Positions 26,595 to 36,589 of a DNA stretch of 64,000 bases are shown piece after piece. Position 1 is the first letter of the stretch; each line of letters starts with the position of its first letter. Under the pieces are notes generated by a model. That model did no database searches. It worked only from the letters and a program-made list of their open reading frames with translations, and was not told where the DNA came from. Made by a program: the position numbers and the translations under genes. Source of the stretch: Candidatus Wolfebacteria bacterium GW2011_GWB1_47_1 (lineage in GTDB: Bacteria > Patescibacteriota > Minisyncoccia > UBA6257 > UBA9933). Location of the stretch: positions 683,969 through 747,968 of the forward strand of contig CP011209.1 in the NCBI GenBank assembly GCA_001029635.1, read 5' to 3'.

Positions 26595-27884
26595 TCATCG
26601 CAGATAGATCGTATGCGTCAGATATCCGGTAATATATTCGGTATTCAAGCGGTTTGCCTTATCCTCTTCTATCTTTCTAATCAGATCCATAAGAAACAAG
26701 TCTACATCCTTTTCGTCATGATAGTCCGTCAAATTCCGCTTGTTAAAATAGCTGATCAGCGCGTCTATAATTTTTTTATAAAATACGGGATCGCTCATTC
26801 CTGTCGATATCAAATACAGCAATACCATATATGCCGGCGATGCCTTCGCTGTGGCAAGTGCGTCCAATTCCATTACCATCGAACCAAGTATCGGATGTGT
26901 TGCGTCACCCTTTATAAGAGCATAATACATGCCGGACTTTGCCACAATCTCATCAAATATAAGCTTCGGATCCCGCATGATTAATGCCTCATATATCTTT
27001 ACCAGATTTGCCTTCGTTGCTTTCTCAATCGTATTAATCTTTATTTCCGGCCTGAATAAATGAAACGCATTATAGTATTGCCTCAAAAATCTCTCCTGAA
27101 TTGTGTGATTTACTACGTTATCTAAAAATATATTCCATCCTATGAATGCTTCATCAATCTCGACGCCTTTTCGCTCGAGTTCAGACAACATCTTGTTTTT
27201 GATCAGATCGCCTGCCGCCAACGGCACGCCACGGTCATTTAGCCCTTCAAACAACATGAACGCATCCGCGTGCGAACTTACTTCGATCATTACCACGAGA
27301 ATACTATCCACCCAGGTCATCAGTTTCTGCAGTTCTTCCATGTTATACCCCTTCAGTCGTCCCAGAAAATAGTTATATGCCTTATGAATCTTCCGTACTT
27401 TGCTTCCTTTTGACTCAGTCCCAATTTTAAGTATCCCCATTCCTGCCAACAATGCCTCGTAGTCGGCGAAATTATCGTGTTGCTGCGATAATACTACCCG
27501 TGTCTGTATCGGCGACCCCTCTTGAATTAACCGACTCTGTATTATATGCAACACGTCATCTGCCGACCCGATTTGATCTTCGGAGCGCTTTTGTATGCTC
27601 GTATACAATGCACAGAACAAGAGTGAAATTGTTGCGAGTCGCTGCTGTCCATCGACTACTTCCAATTGGCGCATCCCAATCGCCGACGCATCATCATTTT
27701 TTACACATAAGATCGAGCCAATAAAATTACCATCACCGTTTCCCTCCACCATATCATCAAACAATATCTCCCAATTCTCCCGTGACCAAATATACTCCCG
27801 TTGAAACTTAGGTATCACATAACGAATATTTCCTCCTTCGCGAAATAATTCTGCGATTGTATAATGATTTGTATTGTAGATCAT
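26595..27884 (-). CDS. stand-alone DUF262 (ParB/Srx-like, GmrSD N-terminal domain) protein
   Basis: YVIPKFQREYIW and VVDGQQRLATISLL are the two DUF262 hallmark motifs. No C-terminal DUF1524/HNH motif is seen. Confidence 0.75.
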   Translation of the reverse strand: MIYNTNHYTIAELFREGGNIRYVIPKFQREYIWSRENWEILFDDMVEGNGDGNFIGSILCVKNDDASAIGMRQLEVVDGQQRLATISLLFCALYTSIQKRSEDQIGSADDVLHIIQSRLIQEGSPIQTRVVLSQQHDNFADYEALLAGMGILKIGTESKGSKVRKIHKAYNYFLGRLKGYNMEELQKLMTWVDSILVVMIEVSSHADAFMLFEGLNDRGVPLAAGDLIKNKMLSELERKGVEIDEAFIGWNIFLDNVVNHTIQERFLRQYYNAFHLFRPEIKINTIEKATKANLVKIYEALIMRDPKLIFDEIVAKSGMYYALIKGDATHPILGSMVMELDALATAKASPAYMVLLYLISTGMSDPVFYKKIIDALISYFNKRNLTDYHDEKDVDLFLMDLIRKIEEDKANRLNTEYITGYLTHTIYLR

Positions 27885-27901
27885 ATGTCAAATTATTTCT
27901 G

Positions 27902-29290
27902 TCATATCGCTTCACCTTCTCCTTTTTTCAGCGGAAGCGCGATTATGAATTTTGACCCAACACCTTCCATGCTTTCAACGGAAATGACCCCACCCATCGC
28001 CTCACATAACGCCTTCGTAATCCACAGCCCCAACCCCGTTCCCGCAATACTTTCCGTATGCTCGGTTTTTACGCGATAAAACTTTTGAAACAGGCTTCGT
28101 TGTGCCTCCGCGGACATGCCCAACCCGCTATCTTCAACACTAATAATAAATCGCTTATGCATCTTGTCGATCCTTGTGCCGATGCGGATTGTTCCCTTCT
28201 CGGTATATTTTATCGCATTGCCGACCAGGTTAATCATAATCTGGCGCAACCGCTTAGTATCAATAGAGAGTATTGCCGGCTCCAACTGTGTCTTATCTTC
28301 ATATGCCACTACAAGGCCCTTCTGCTCAGCGCTTAACTGTATTGTATCGACAACTTCCTTAATCACTTCATAGGGTGACTCATCCCGCACATCCAGAACC
28401 AATCTATTTTGCTCAATACGCGAGACATCGAGAATATCGGAAATAAGCGACATAAGATTGTCAGCATACGACACGATCGCCTTCAATCTATCCATTTTCT
28501 GTTCTTCCGTCAGATGAACAGCCGATTGCTGCAATATCTCGGCATATCCCTTCATAACCACCACAGGTGTCTTCAATTCATGCGCGGCCATCGAGATGAA
28601 CTCGTCTTTCATCTTGTCGACTTCCCGCAACTTACTCAATGACACGGAGAACTTCACGAAGCGCGTATGGTTAATAACCAGAATAATCACCAATAGAACA
28701 GCAAAAACCATAATCGTATATGAGTTTCTAATGGCCATATTCCTCGCCGCATCCGTCTCCTGTAGCGATATCGTCAGCCGCACCAATCCCACTTTTTCAT
28801 TCTGGTTATCATAAAATGGCTTTACCACATTCCATTGCCGAACATCATTGTCAGTGCTCAAAAACCCTGTGGCCTCATTGTTTTGCCACGCCAAAAGGCC
28901 CGCCGTTTCAAGCGCTTGGACCGTTTGATTGGAAAGATTCTTATGTTCCCGCACAATGGAAACAGCCGAAACAAGCTCCTTGTCTTTTTGCGTCAAAACC
29001 TCGATCGCCGTTATTTCAGGATTGCTTTCTATAACCTCGCGTATTTTGTCCTTAAGATCCGGCCGTTCGACGTATTCGAACATAAACGTATCGAGTACCT
29101 TTTCGGTCAAAAATGCCTTACCTCGCACGATCGTGTTTATGTTTGCATCGAATTGATCAATTGTAAATTGCACGTTTGCATACAGCGCTAGCGGTATTAA
29201 TACAATCAAAATCAAAGACGACAATATACCAGGATATTTCCGTATGAATTCAACCCCTTTTTTCGCGTAATCAATAACCATATCAAACAA
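27902..29290 (-). CDS. sensor histidine kinase (2 TM, HisKA + HATPase_c)
   Basis: H-box FISMAAHELKTP, N-box LVGNAIKYT, G1/G2 DSGLGM / GTGLGLWI. Two TM helices flank a ~150-aa extracytoplasmic domain. Confidence 0.85.
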   Translation of the reverse strand: MFDMVIDYAKKGVEFIRKYPGILSSLILIVLIPLALYANVQFTIDQFDANINTIVRGKAFLTEKVLDTFMFEYVERPDLKDKIREVIESNPEITAIEVLTQKDKELVSAVSIVREHKNLSNQTVQALETAGLLAWQNNEATGFLSTDNDVRQWNVVKPFYDNQNEKVGLVRLTISLQETDAARNMAIRNSYTIMVFAVLLVIILVINHTRFVKFSVSLSKLREVDKMKDEFISMAAHELKTPVVVMKGYAEILQQSAVHLTEEQKMDRLKAIVSYADNLMSLISDILDVSRIEQNRLVLDVRDESPYEVIKEVVDTIQLSAEQKGLVVAYEDKTQLEPAILSIDTKRLRQIMINLVGNAIKYTEKGTIRIGTRIDKMHKRFIISVEDSGLGMSAEAQRSLFQKFYRVKTEHTESIAGTGLGLWITKALCEAMGGVISVESMEGVGSKFIIALPLKKGEGEAI

Positions 29291-31364
29291 TGTCTCTATC
29301 AGGATTTTTGAATGATCGCACTACCATAAAGACGCCGACCAAAAGCCCCAACCCGATAACCAGCGCAACAATGATGCTAAAATTCCGCTTTGATTCATCA
29401 ACTGTTCCAATATTTTCAGATCCTGCGGCCTGCGCCAACCCTTCAATATTTGCAACTGTAATAGCCTGCGCCGTTTTTACAAATCCGACCACCTGACTCT
29501 TTGCCACAATCTTGCCCGAGCTATCGTTGATCGTTACGTACGCCTGATGCTGCCCATCGTCGAGCGGCTTATCGAGTGCGTATGACCAGCTTCCATTCTT
29601 ATCCGCCTTAACCGTTACGATTGTCGGAATGTCGCTATATATGTAGAGCGTCACCAACGCATATGGCAGTGTTTTACCCGCAAGCTTGATCTTCTCCCGT
29701 ATTACCTCTTTTTTCTCCTTCACGGTTTGTACCACCCCTGTCTCCGTTGTCTTTATTACTTCGACTTCCACTACCTCCGTTGTCGTCGCCAATAAGACCG
29801 TTTCTATTTTTAGTAATTCCGGCTTTACTGTTTCTCCAAGCAATTTCGCATTTTCATATTCGATCTTTATTGCCCTATTTGCATCTAGCGGATTTGTCCC
29901 CTGCCTTACTTCAATACCATCGTTGACGCCATCCCCATCCGTATCTTTTTTGAATGGATCCGTATGCAACGCTTCGATCTCTTGATAATCAGTAATACCA
30001 TCCCCATCCGCATCTTTCACAATTCGATCCAATTCGTTTTGTGAAACCACTCCCGTATCTTGAGATGCCTGCTTTAATTCACTTGATACCTGCTCTAGCC
30101 GTTGCACTACGACACTCGTGACCACCACCGGCTTCGGCGGTTCAGGAGTTTGATCCTCCTGAGGCGTAATAGCGGACCGGAATATATTGCGCACATTTTG
30201 GAAAAATCCGGCGTTTTTTGTTTCGACGGGAATCGGCGGGGCGATGGTTGGCGTATTGATAACCGGCTTTGATACATCTACCGCCTCCGGTGTCCGCTCT
30301 GACTCAATCGTCATCGCCGGTCTTTGCTGTGGCACGGTAGGATCAACAGTCGGTATGATCGCCTGAATAGGTGCCGGTTCGATGGCCGGCTCCTGAGTTT
30401 GTTGCGGCGCCACGGAGCTAGTCGTTGTTGCAATACTACCCGTTGTCTGTGCATTATATACCATCACACCAACCGTACCTCCCTTATACCTCTGCCCTAA
30501 TTGATTGGTTATCCGCGCCTCGATTACATAATTTCCATTTGCGACGGTTCGCGTATCCCAACGGTGTAGCCATTCGTCTCCTATCTGCTCCGTTTCTTTG
30601 ATCATAATCGGACTCGTCGTATCTTTCGCATTAAAAATCGCATACTGTACATCTGTCGCAAACACAACAGCCCCTCGTATCTGAAGATACCCCGCTACTT
30701 TTGCATATTGGGCGGGGCTTATAAATAGAAATTTATTCTCCATAGGATCGTTTGCGATCGCAAATGTCACTAGTTCAGTAGTTCGCAATGACCCATCTGG
30801 ATATTTCGCCAATCCACGCAATTGATACCCCTCCCCGTTAGGAAACGATGCGGTGCTAATCGAAAAATAACAATTTTTTCCGGGTATCGCTCCGGCAAGA
30901 AGCGAGGGCTGCGTCTGCGAGCAGTCCGGATAAATCGGATGTATGCTCTTATTTGGCATGATAAATTCCGCTACCACCGCCAGCGGCTCTCCAAACACCC
31001 GAACCGCAGCACTGCGGACACCCTTAATCACTTCATTATTCTGCACGCCTACGATAAGCGGCTTCTCCGATGCCGGTAGCGTTGTCGTAGCCACTTCCAC
31101 AGTCCCATCATCACCTAAAAATACACTGGTCGTCGCAGTACTAGATTTTTTGGTCGAAGTACTTGTTACTACACCAACCGTCATAGTCGAGGTCGTTGAT
31201 TGTGCAGACACGTCCGTCGTAGTTGAAGTCGTCGATTGCGCAAACGCATCCGTCGTAGTTGTCAGCAAGCTCGCAAGTACCGAGCTTGCCGGGTTTGATC
31301 CGACCAATGCGACCGCAATCCCGACTGTCATAATGATTCCGAAACCCGCCAAGTATTTCTTCAT
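29283..31364 (-). CDS. secreted/anchored surface protein with thrombospondin type-3-like Ca-binding repeats
   Basis: Signal peptide. Ser/Thr-rich linker. DADGDGITDYQEIE and DTDGDGVNDGIEV are TSP3-like Asp-rich repeats. C-terminal TM helix (FSIIVALVIGLGLLVGVFMVV). Overlaps the kinase gene by 8 bp. Confidence 0.6.
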   Translation of the reverse strand: MKKYLAGFGIIMTVGIAVALVGSNPASSVLASLLTTTTDAFAQSTTSTTTDVSAQSTTSTMTVGVVTSTSTKKSSTATTSVFLGDDGTVEVATTTLPASEKPLIVGVQNNEVIKGVRSAAVRVFGEPLAVVAEFIMPNKSIHPIYPDCSQTQPSLLAGAIPGKNCYFSISTASFPNGEGYQLRGLAKYPDGSLRTTELVTFAIANDPMENKFLFISPAQYAKVAGYLQIRGAVVFATDVQYAIFNAKDTTSPIMIKETEQIGDEWLHRWDTRTVANGNYVIEARITNQLGQRYKGGTVGVMVYNAQTTGSIATTTSSVAPQQTQEPAIEPAPIQAIIPTVDPTVPQQRPAMTIESERTPEAVDVSKPVINTPTIAPPIPVETKNAGFFQNVRNIFRSAITPQEDQTPEPPKPVVVTSVVVQRLEQVSSELKQASQDTGVVSQNELDRIVKDADGDGITDYQEIEALHTDPFKKDTDGDGVNDGIEVRQGTNPLDANRAIKIEYENAKLLGETVKPELLKIETVLLATTTEVVEVEVIKTTETGVVQTVKEKKEVIREKIKLAGKTLPYALVTLYIYSDIPTIVTVKADKNGSWSYALDKPLDDGQHQAYVTINDSSGKIVAKSQVVGFVKTAQAITVANIEGLAQAAGSENIGTVDESKRNFSIIVALVIGLGLLVGVFMVVRSFKNPDRDIV

Positions 31365-31376
31365 ATATCGTATATA

Positions 31377-31760
31377 TTATTTATTTTTCACGATCGCACT
31401 GACGCGCGCAACAAGCTCATCTAATTCCATTGCCTTGTTCCAATAGTCAATTGCCCCAACTTCCTTTGCCGCCTTTACGTCTTCCGGGCGATCCTCGATG
31501 CTTGTCAAAAACGCAACCGGAATATCCTTGCATTCCGGGTCGCTCTTTAATTTATCAAGCGTTGCGGGCCCGTCCAATTCAGGCATCATCACGTCGAGCA
31601 AAATAAAATCCGGCTTTACCGACCGTGCAAGGTCATATCCTTCGTATCCATTTTTTGCATACGACACCAAAAAACCGGCCATGACTAATTTTTCGCCAAA
31701 AATCTCCCGCAATGCAGGGTCGTCGTCTACCACTAGTATCCGCTTCTTTATTTCTTCCAT
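31377..31760 (-). CDS. receiver-only response regulator (REC domain)
   Basis: ILVVDDD...LLDVMMPELDG...K. No output domain. Confidence 0.8.
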   Translation of the reverse strand: MEEIKKRILVVDDDPALREIFGEKLVMAGFLVSYAKNGYEGYDLARSVKPDFILLDVMMPELDGPATLDKLKSDPECKDIPVAFLTSIEDRPEDVKAAKEVGAIDYWNKAMELDELVARVSAIVKNK

Positions 31761-31831
31761 ACGTGTATGTTGCTCTATTATTATAATTCGTTCTCATTAT
31801 ATCATGAAACTCGCCGCCATTACACATACGA

Positions 31832-32440
31832 TCATCGATGAAACCCTAGATCCGCAGGATTATCATCTCCCGATACACGCTCCACGTGTCCGCCTTTAGC
31901 TTCAAACGTTTCCCGTAGCTTTTTTACCAAAAATGCAAGTGTGCGGGTTTCCGGTGCGATTCCCTCCTTCTTAATCTTTCCTTTTGACCAATAGTCAATA
32001 ATGATCTTACTATCGCCAAAAATATGATTCTCTCCTTCCTGCAATGCCAATTCCAGGGCGTACCTGCACGCAAGTAGTTCGCCGTAGTTGTTTGTCTTCT
32101 CGGTAGACAATAAATGTTTGCCGTGCTCGTTGATGAATTCCTTCGCGATAACTCTTGCAAGCAGATCGCGTCCATGTTCGTCCGTCACGCTTATTTCAAC
32201 CCCGAACCCGCGCCCCGTTCCCGCATCAAAATAGATCCCCGGCACGGCGACCTGCTTTACTTTTACTTCATATCGAGCCCCTGCATTTAGCCATTCGCTT
32301 GCTTCATCCCGACTCTTAAATCCCTTATAGCGCGCATCGCGTTTCCCCGATACAATCATTTTGCATTCTTCCCAATCATCGGTTATCCCTTGTGCGCCGA
32401 TCGATGACACACTATACGCATAGTACTTCTTTTGTTTCAT
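31832..32440 (-). CDS. ribonuclease H1-type protein with N-terminal hybrid-binding (Cauli_VI-like) domain
   Basis: N-terminal YYAYSVSSIGAQGITDDWEECKMIVSGKRDARYKGFKSRDEASEWL fits the viroplasmin/RNase H1 HBD consensus. The C-terminal half has carboxylates spaced as in RNase HI (FDAG...GELLA...GDSK...IDYW...H). Confidence 0.7.
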   Translation of the reverse strand: MKQKKYYAYSVSSIGAQGITDDWEECKMIVSGKRDARYKGFKSRDEASEWLNAGARYEVKVKQVAVPGIYFDAGTGRGFGVEISVTDEHGRDLLARVIAKEFINEHGKHLLSTEKTNNYGELLACRYALELALQEGENHIFGDSKIIIDYWSKGKIKKEGIAPETRTLAFLVKKLRETFEAKGGHVERVSGDDNPADLGFHR

Positions 32441-32444
32441 ATGT

Positions 32445-33128
32445 TCATTTCTTTTTTGCAGCCTCCCGAATACAATCTGTTATCTTCTGTACTTCATCTG
32501 CGCGCAATTGCTGCACCTCCTGACGCTCAATCAGCCTTATTAGTTGATCAATTCCGATCACGTATGCATTATCCGCCTTGTTCAGCTCAACGCCCAATTT
32601 CGCATATGGACTCGAAAAAACGACCACCGGCTGGACATGCACTACTTTAGGAAAACGAGCCCTTAGTGTATCCTTGAGCGCATAGGTAGCCCCCCAAACC
32701 TGACGCAAGAAATCTTTATCAAACGGTCTATTATCCCGCAAGAGTCTGTTGTTCTCGACCCGTATCCTTCCTTTGTGGCTTTTTACTTCAATAACCCAAA
32801 CACCCGTCGGCCCAACTACCACAAAGTCCATGTCCCCTTTGTTACCAATAACCACGCTTCCTAATACCCGAAAGCGGTCATCCAATCCCCGTAAGGTTAT
32901 GCGAACGCCCAATTCCCCCCCCGCTCCCTGCATGCGAACTTGAATCGTTTTAACCGTAGTCCATAATAACTTTACCAAGAGCGCGACCACGATCGCATGT
33001 ATTGCCAATGCCGCACCCGTTCCCCCGAGCACTTCATAGAGCGGTATCACAATACTTCCTCCAATCAGCGCAATAATGCCAATCGTGTATATGATATATT
33101 TTCCGATTTGTTGTTCGTTATGTGCCAT
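32445..33128 (-). CDS. membrane-anchored NERD (nuclease-related domain) protein
   Basis: Two N-terminal TM helices, then GDMDFVVVGPTGVWVIEVKSHKG matching the NERD core. Stop lies 4 bp before the RNase H start codon. Confidence 0.7.
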   Translation of the reverse strand: MAHNEQQIGKYIIYTIGIIALIGGSIVIPLYEVLGGTGAALAIHAIVVALLVKLLWTTVKTIQVRMQGAGGELGVRITLRGLDDRFRVLGSVVIGNKGDMDFVVVGPTGVWVIEVKSHKGRIRVENNRLLRDNRPFDKDFLRQVWGATYALKDTLRARFPKVVHVQPVVVFSSPYAKLGVELNKADNAYVIGIDQLIRLIERQEVQQLRADEVQKITDCIREAAKKK

Positions 33129-33315
33129 AGATCTTTTTTATATACCACTCAGCATACGCTATTTTCTCTTTCATTCCAATCGTTTTTATAACCTGCATTC
33201 TTACATGCTCCGTTTGAATATTTCAGATATGATAGTTACATAAGCACTCTGCGAACCAGAATTTATCTTCTATCTCCTTTTGTATATTTTTTAACGGGGG
33301 TATACTTATTGGTAT

Positions 33316-35790
33316 ATGAAACGCATCTCTTCTGCTCCCGATCATGCGGTTGGACTTACTTCGCGCGAAGTGGAAAAACGCCTCGCGCACTACGGCCTCA
33401 ATACTATCTACAAGAAAAAACACTTGCGCCCGATTATCGTTTTTTTCGAGAAATTTAATAGCCCGCTCCTAATCATCCTCATCACCGCATCCATTGTTTC
33501 ATTCTTCCTCGGTGAGCAGACAAATTCGATTATCATTCTTTCAATGGTCGTCCTTTCTGCCGTCCTTGATTTCATTAACTCGTATCGATCCGAGCAAGCC
33601 GTCTTGCGACTAACTTCCCGCGTCGCCAATACCGCAACGGTACTGCGCGATGGTACGCGACAAGAAATAAATCTCTCCTTAATCGTCCCAGGGGATATTT
33701 TGTTTCTTTCTGCCGGCGACGTCGTTCCTGCGGATGCCGAAATCGTCACTGCGGAAGATTTCTTCGTCAACCAAGCATCCTTAACCGGCGAATCGTTCCC
33801 CATAGAAAAGCATACCTCAGCCGACTCCGCAGATGCCATCATTTTTATGGGGACCAGTGTAGTAACCGGATCGGCCACTGCCGTCGTACGGGCGACCGGT
33901 TCTTCGACTGAATTTGGCAGAATAGCCCAACGACTTGACCAGGCCGCACCCGAATCCGATTTCGATAAGGGTATTAAGCGCTTCAGTTATTTCATTATGC
34001 GGATTACCGTCCTCCTTATCATTGCGGTATTTCTTATCCATATCTTCCTTGGGCATGCCATGTTCGAGACATTTCTGTTTGCCGTTGCGGTCGCGGTCGG
34101 CATCACGCCTGAACTCCTCCCAGTCATCATCTCGATCTCACTGAGTCGCGGATCGATGATCATGGCTAAGAAAGATGTCATCGTAAAACATCTTCCGTCT
34201 ATTCAGAACTTCGGAAGCATGAATGTCCTCTGTACCGATAAGACCGGCACACTCACAGAAGACAAAATTGTTATGGTTAATTATCTTGATAGTTTTGGAG
34301 AAGTGTATGAGCCAATCCTGCTTTACTCCTACATCACCAGTGCGCTCCACACAGGCATTAAGAGTCCACTTGATGCCGCCATTGCGGAGCATAAGAAGCT
34401 TGATATTACAGCGTATAAAAAGATCGATGAAATTCCCTTTGACTTCGAACGCAAGCGCGGTAGTATCGTCGTCGAGCATGCGGGCGAAGGACTCCTAATT
34501 ACCAAAGGTACTCCTGAAGATATTCTTTCTATTTCGACTTCATGCGAGAAATCCCAGTCAGTCTGTGCATTTGATCCAACGATTATCGAGACCGCAACGC
34601 AGCGGTATGAGCAACTGAGCGCCGATGGATTCCGCGTGCTTGCTATTGCTACTCGCTCTATTTCGCTCGACAAAAAACGCTACACCAAGGATGAAGAACA
34701 TGATATGACCTTCTTGGGATTTATCGTGTTTCTCGACCCTCCTAAGACAACGGCACCAGAGGCCGTACGCGATCTACACGACCTCGGCATCGAGATTAAA
34801 ATTCTTACCGGCGATAGCGATATTCTGACCAAAAAGATCTGCTCCGATATTGGACTCCCTATTCGCGGCATCATTACCGGAAAGGAGCTTACTCTAATGA
34901 ACGAGGCGGAGCTTATGCAACGCGTACCCGCGATCACCATCTTCGCGCGCATTAACCCCGAGCAAAAGGAGCGGATTGTTCTCGCACTCAAACGCATCGG
35001 ATCTGTAGTTGGCTATATGGGTGATGGCATCAATGACGCACCCGCACTGCGTGCTGCCGATGTTGGCATCTCGGTCAATAACGCCGTTGATGTCGCAAAG
35101 GAAACCGCGGGGATTATTCTGCTCCGTAAAAGCCTACGCGCTCTGCGCGACGGCGTTGTTGAAGGGCGCAAAACATTTCACAACACCCAAAAATATATTC
35201 TTATGGGGCTCAGTTCGAACTTTGGAAACATGCTTTCGATGACCGTCGTATCGCTATTCATCCCCTTTCTTCCTATGCTTCCCTCACAGATCCTTCTTAA
35301 TAACTTTCTCTATGACTCTTCCCAAGGGACTCTACCGAGCGATGCCGTCGACAATACCGAAATCTGCAAACCTCCAAAATGGGATCTCCCCTTTCTTAAG
35401 CGTTTTATGCTCGTATTTGGATTAATGAGTACGCTTTTTGATTTCGTAACATTCGGGCTATTATTCTTTGTCTTCAATCTCTCCGAACGGCAATTCCAGA
35501 CCGGCTGGTTCATCGAATCGCTCGCTACCCAGATATTTGTCATCTATATCATCCGCACCAAGAAGGTGCCGTTTCTACAAAGTTCGCCCGGCGCATTCCT
35601 CGTCACAACCACCGCTGGTGCCGTTGCGATCGCATGGATCATCCCATTCACGCCACTGGGGAGATATTTCCTTTTCGAGCGATTACCGTTACCTATTCTT
35701 CTCAGTATTAGTGGTATCGTCATTGTCTATCTTTTCTCAGTCGAATTTATAAAGCGCATCTTCTACAAGCGCATTACCGCTACAACCTAA
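33316..35790 (+). CDS. P-type cation-transporting ATPase (P3/MgtA-like)
   Basis: Motifs LTGESFP (TGES actuator), CTDKTGTLT (phosphorylation site), KGTPEDIL, GDGINDAPAL. About ten TM segments. Subfamily assignment is tentative. Confidence 0.8.
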   Translation: MKRISSAPDHAVGLTSREVEKRLAHYGLNTIYKKKHLRPIIVFFEKFNSPLLIILITASIVSFFLGEQTNSIIILSMVVLSAVLDFINSYRSEQAVLRLTSRVANTATVLRDGTRQEINLSLIVPGDILFLSAGDVVPADAEIVTAEDFFVNQASLTGESFPIEKHTSADSADAIIFMGTSVVTGSATAVVRATGSSTEFGRIAQRLDQAAPESDFDKGIKRFSYFIMRITVLLIIAVFLIHIFLGHAMFETFLFAVAVAVGITPELLPVIISISLSRGSMIMAKKDVIVKHLPSIQNFGSMNVLCTDKTGTLTEDKIVMVNYLDSFGEVYEPILLYSYITSALHTGIKSPLDAAIAEHKKLDITAYKKIDEIPFDFERKRGSIVVEHAGEGLLITKGTPEDILSISTSCEKSQSVCAFDPTIIETATQRYEQLSADGFRVLAIATRSISLDKKRYTKDEEHDMTFLGFIVFLDPPKTTAPEAVRDLHDLGIEIKILTGDSDILTKKICSDIGLPIRGIITGKELTLMNEAELMQRVPAITIFARINPEQKERIVLALKRIGSVVGYMGDGINDAPALRAADVGISVNNAVDVAKETAGIILLRKSLRALRDGVVEGRKTFHNTQKYILMGLSSNFGNMLSMTVVSLFIPFLPMLPSQILLNNFLYDSSQGTLPSDAVDNTEICKPPKWDLPFLKRFMLVFGLMSTLFDFVTFGLLFFVFNLSERQFQTGWFIESLATQIFVIYIIRTKKVPFLQSSPGAFLVTTTAGAVAIAWIIPFTPLGRYFLFERLPLPILLSISGIVIVYLFSVEFIKRIFYKRITATT

Positions 35791-35802
35791 AGAATTATGC
35801 GT

Positions 35803-35835
35803 AAAAAACCGCCGAATTTCTTCGGCGGTTTTTTA
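35803..35835. terminator. bidirectional rho-independent terminator
   Basis: AACCGCCGAA-TTTC-TTCGGCGGTT flanked by an A-run and a T-run. Confidence 0.85.
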
Positions 35836-36042
35836 ATTCCACTCGCCTACGTCCATGCGCATCTTGATCTCTGCGTTGAGCATTTCGATATGCTTTTTAT
35901 CATTCTCGAGCATCTGCTTCATCGCATCAATACTATGACACTGCACCTTCTCCGCATCTTCGATATAATGTTTTTCAAGACGCCACACCGTATCGAGTTT
36001 TGTATGTAGTAGCTTCAACAGATCGTAATTGATATTTTTCAT
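35833..36042 (-). CDS. small hypothetical protein
   Basis: 69-aa ORF directly downstream of the hemerythrin gene. Helical and charged. Confidence 0.4.
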   Translation of the reverse strand: MKNINYDLLKLLHTKLDTVWRLEKHYIEDAEKVQCHSIDAMKQMLENDKKHIEMLNAEIKMRMDVGEWN

Positions 36043-36074
36043 GCTATGGTATTTAGTGTTTGTTTGTTGACCTT

Positions 36075-36482
36075 TTATTGTAACCCATGCTCTTCGAAAC
36101 AGCGAACATATTTTTTATCCACCTCCATAATATGATCGATCATCCACCCCTCTAGAAATTCGATCATCTCACTTGCAATATTCACTTCCCCTTCGTCAAA
36201 GGCCTTTTGGAATCCTTCCACTCGAGCCAGTAGATCGCGATGCCTCCTTTTATGATCCTCCGCAAATTCATAGTTAAATTCATCAAAATATTTTTCTTCG
36301 GTAGCGAAGTGCATTACTGCGTATTCCGCTAGTCGCGTAATAATGTCGCCTATTTTGCTTTCAGTATTCAGCGATATGATCGCATCGAACAATTCATTTA
36401 GTAGGGTCAAAAAATATCGATGCTGTTCGTCTATTAATTCAACCCCGACACTATATTCCTTAATCCAGTTAATATGCGCCAT
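36075..36482 (-). CDS. bacteriohemerythrin (hemerythrin-like metal-binding protein)
   Basis: WIKEYSVGVELIDEQHRYFL ... H..E...H and HF..EE motifs. Size and His/Glu spacing are typical of the family. Confidence 0.85.
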   Translation of the reverse strand: MAHINWIKEYSVGVELIDEQHRYFLTLLNELFDAIISLNTESKIGDIITRLAEYAVMHFATEEKYFDEFNYEFAEDHKRRHRDLLARVEGFQKAFDEGEVNIASEMIEFLEGWMIDHIMEVDKKYVRCFEEHGLQ

Positions 36483-36589
36483 ATTTTTATATTTTTTAGT
36501 ATACCATATCTACGCCATCCATGCATTATTCCATTGCATTCATTTTACAAATACGCTACCATAAAAAACATCATCTATCATTTCACATT

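Noticed and set aside
33129-33315. Mg2+ (M-box) riboswitch upstream of the MgtA-like P-type ATPase
   Set aside because: The 187-bp interval is AT-rich with no extended GC helices. It does not resemble an M-box. It is more likely a plain divergent promoter region.
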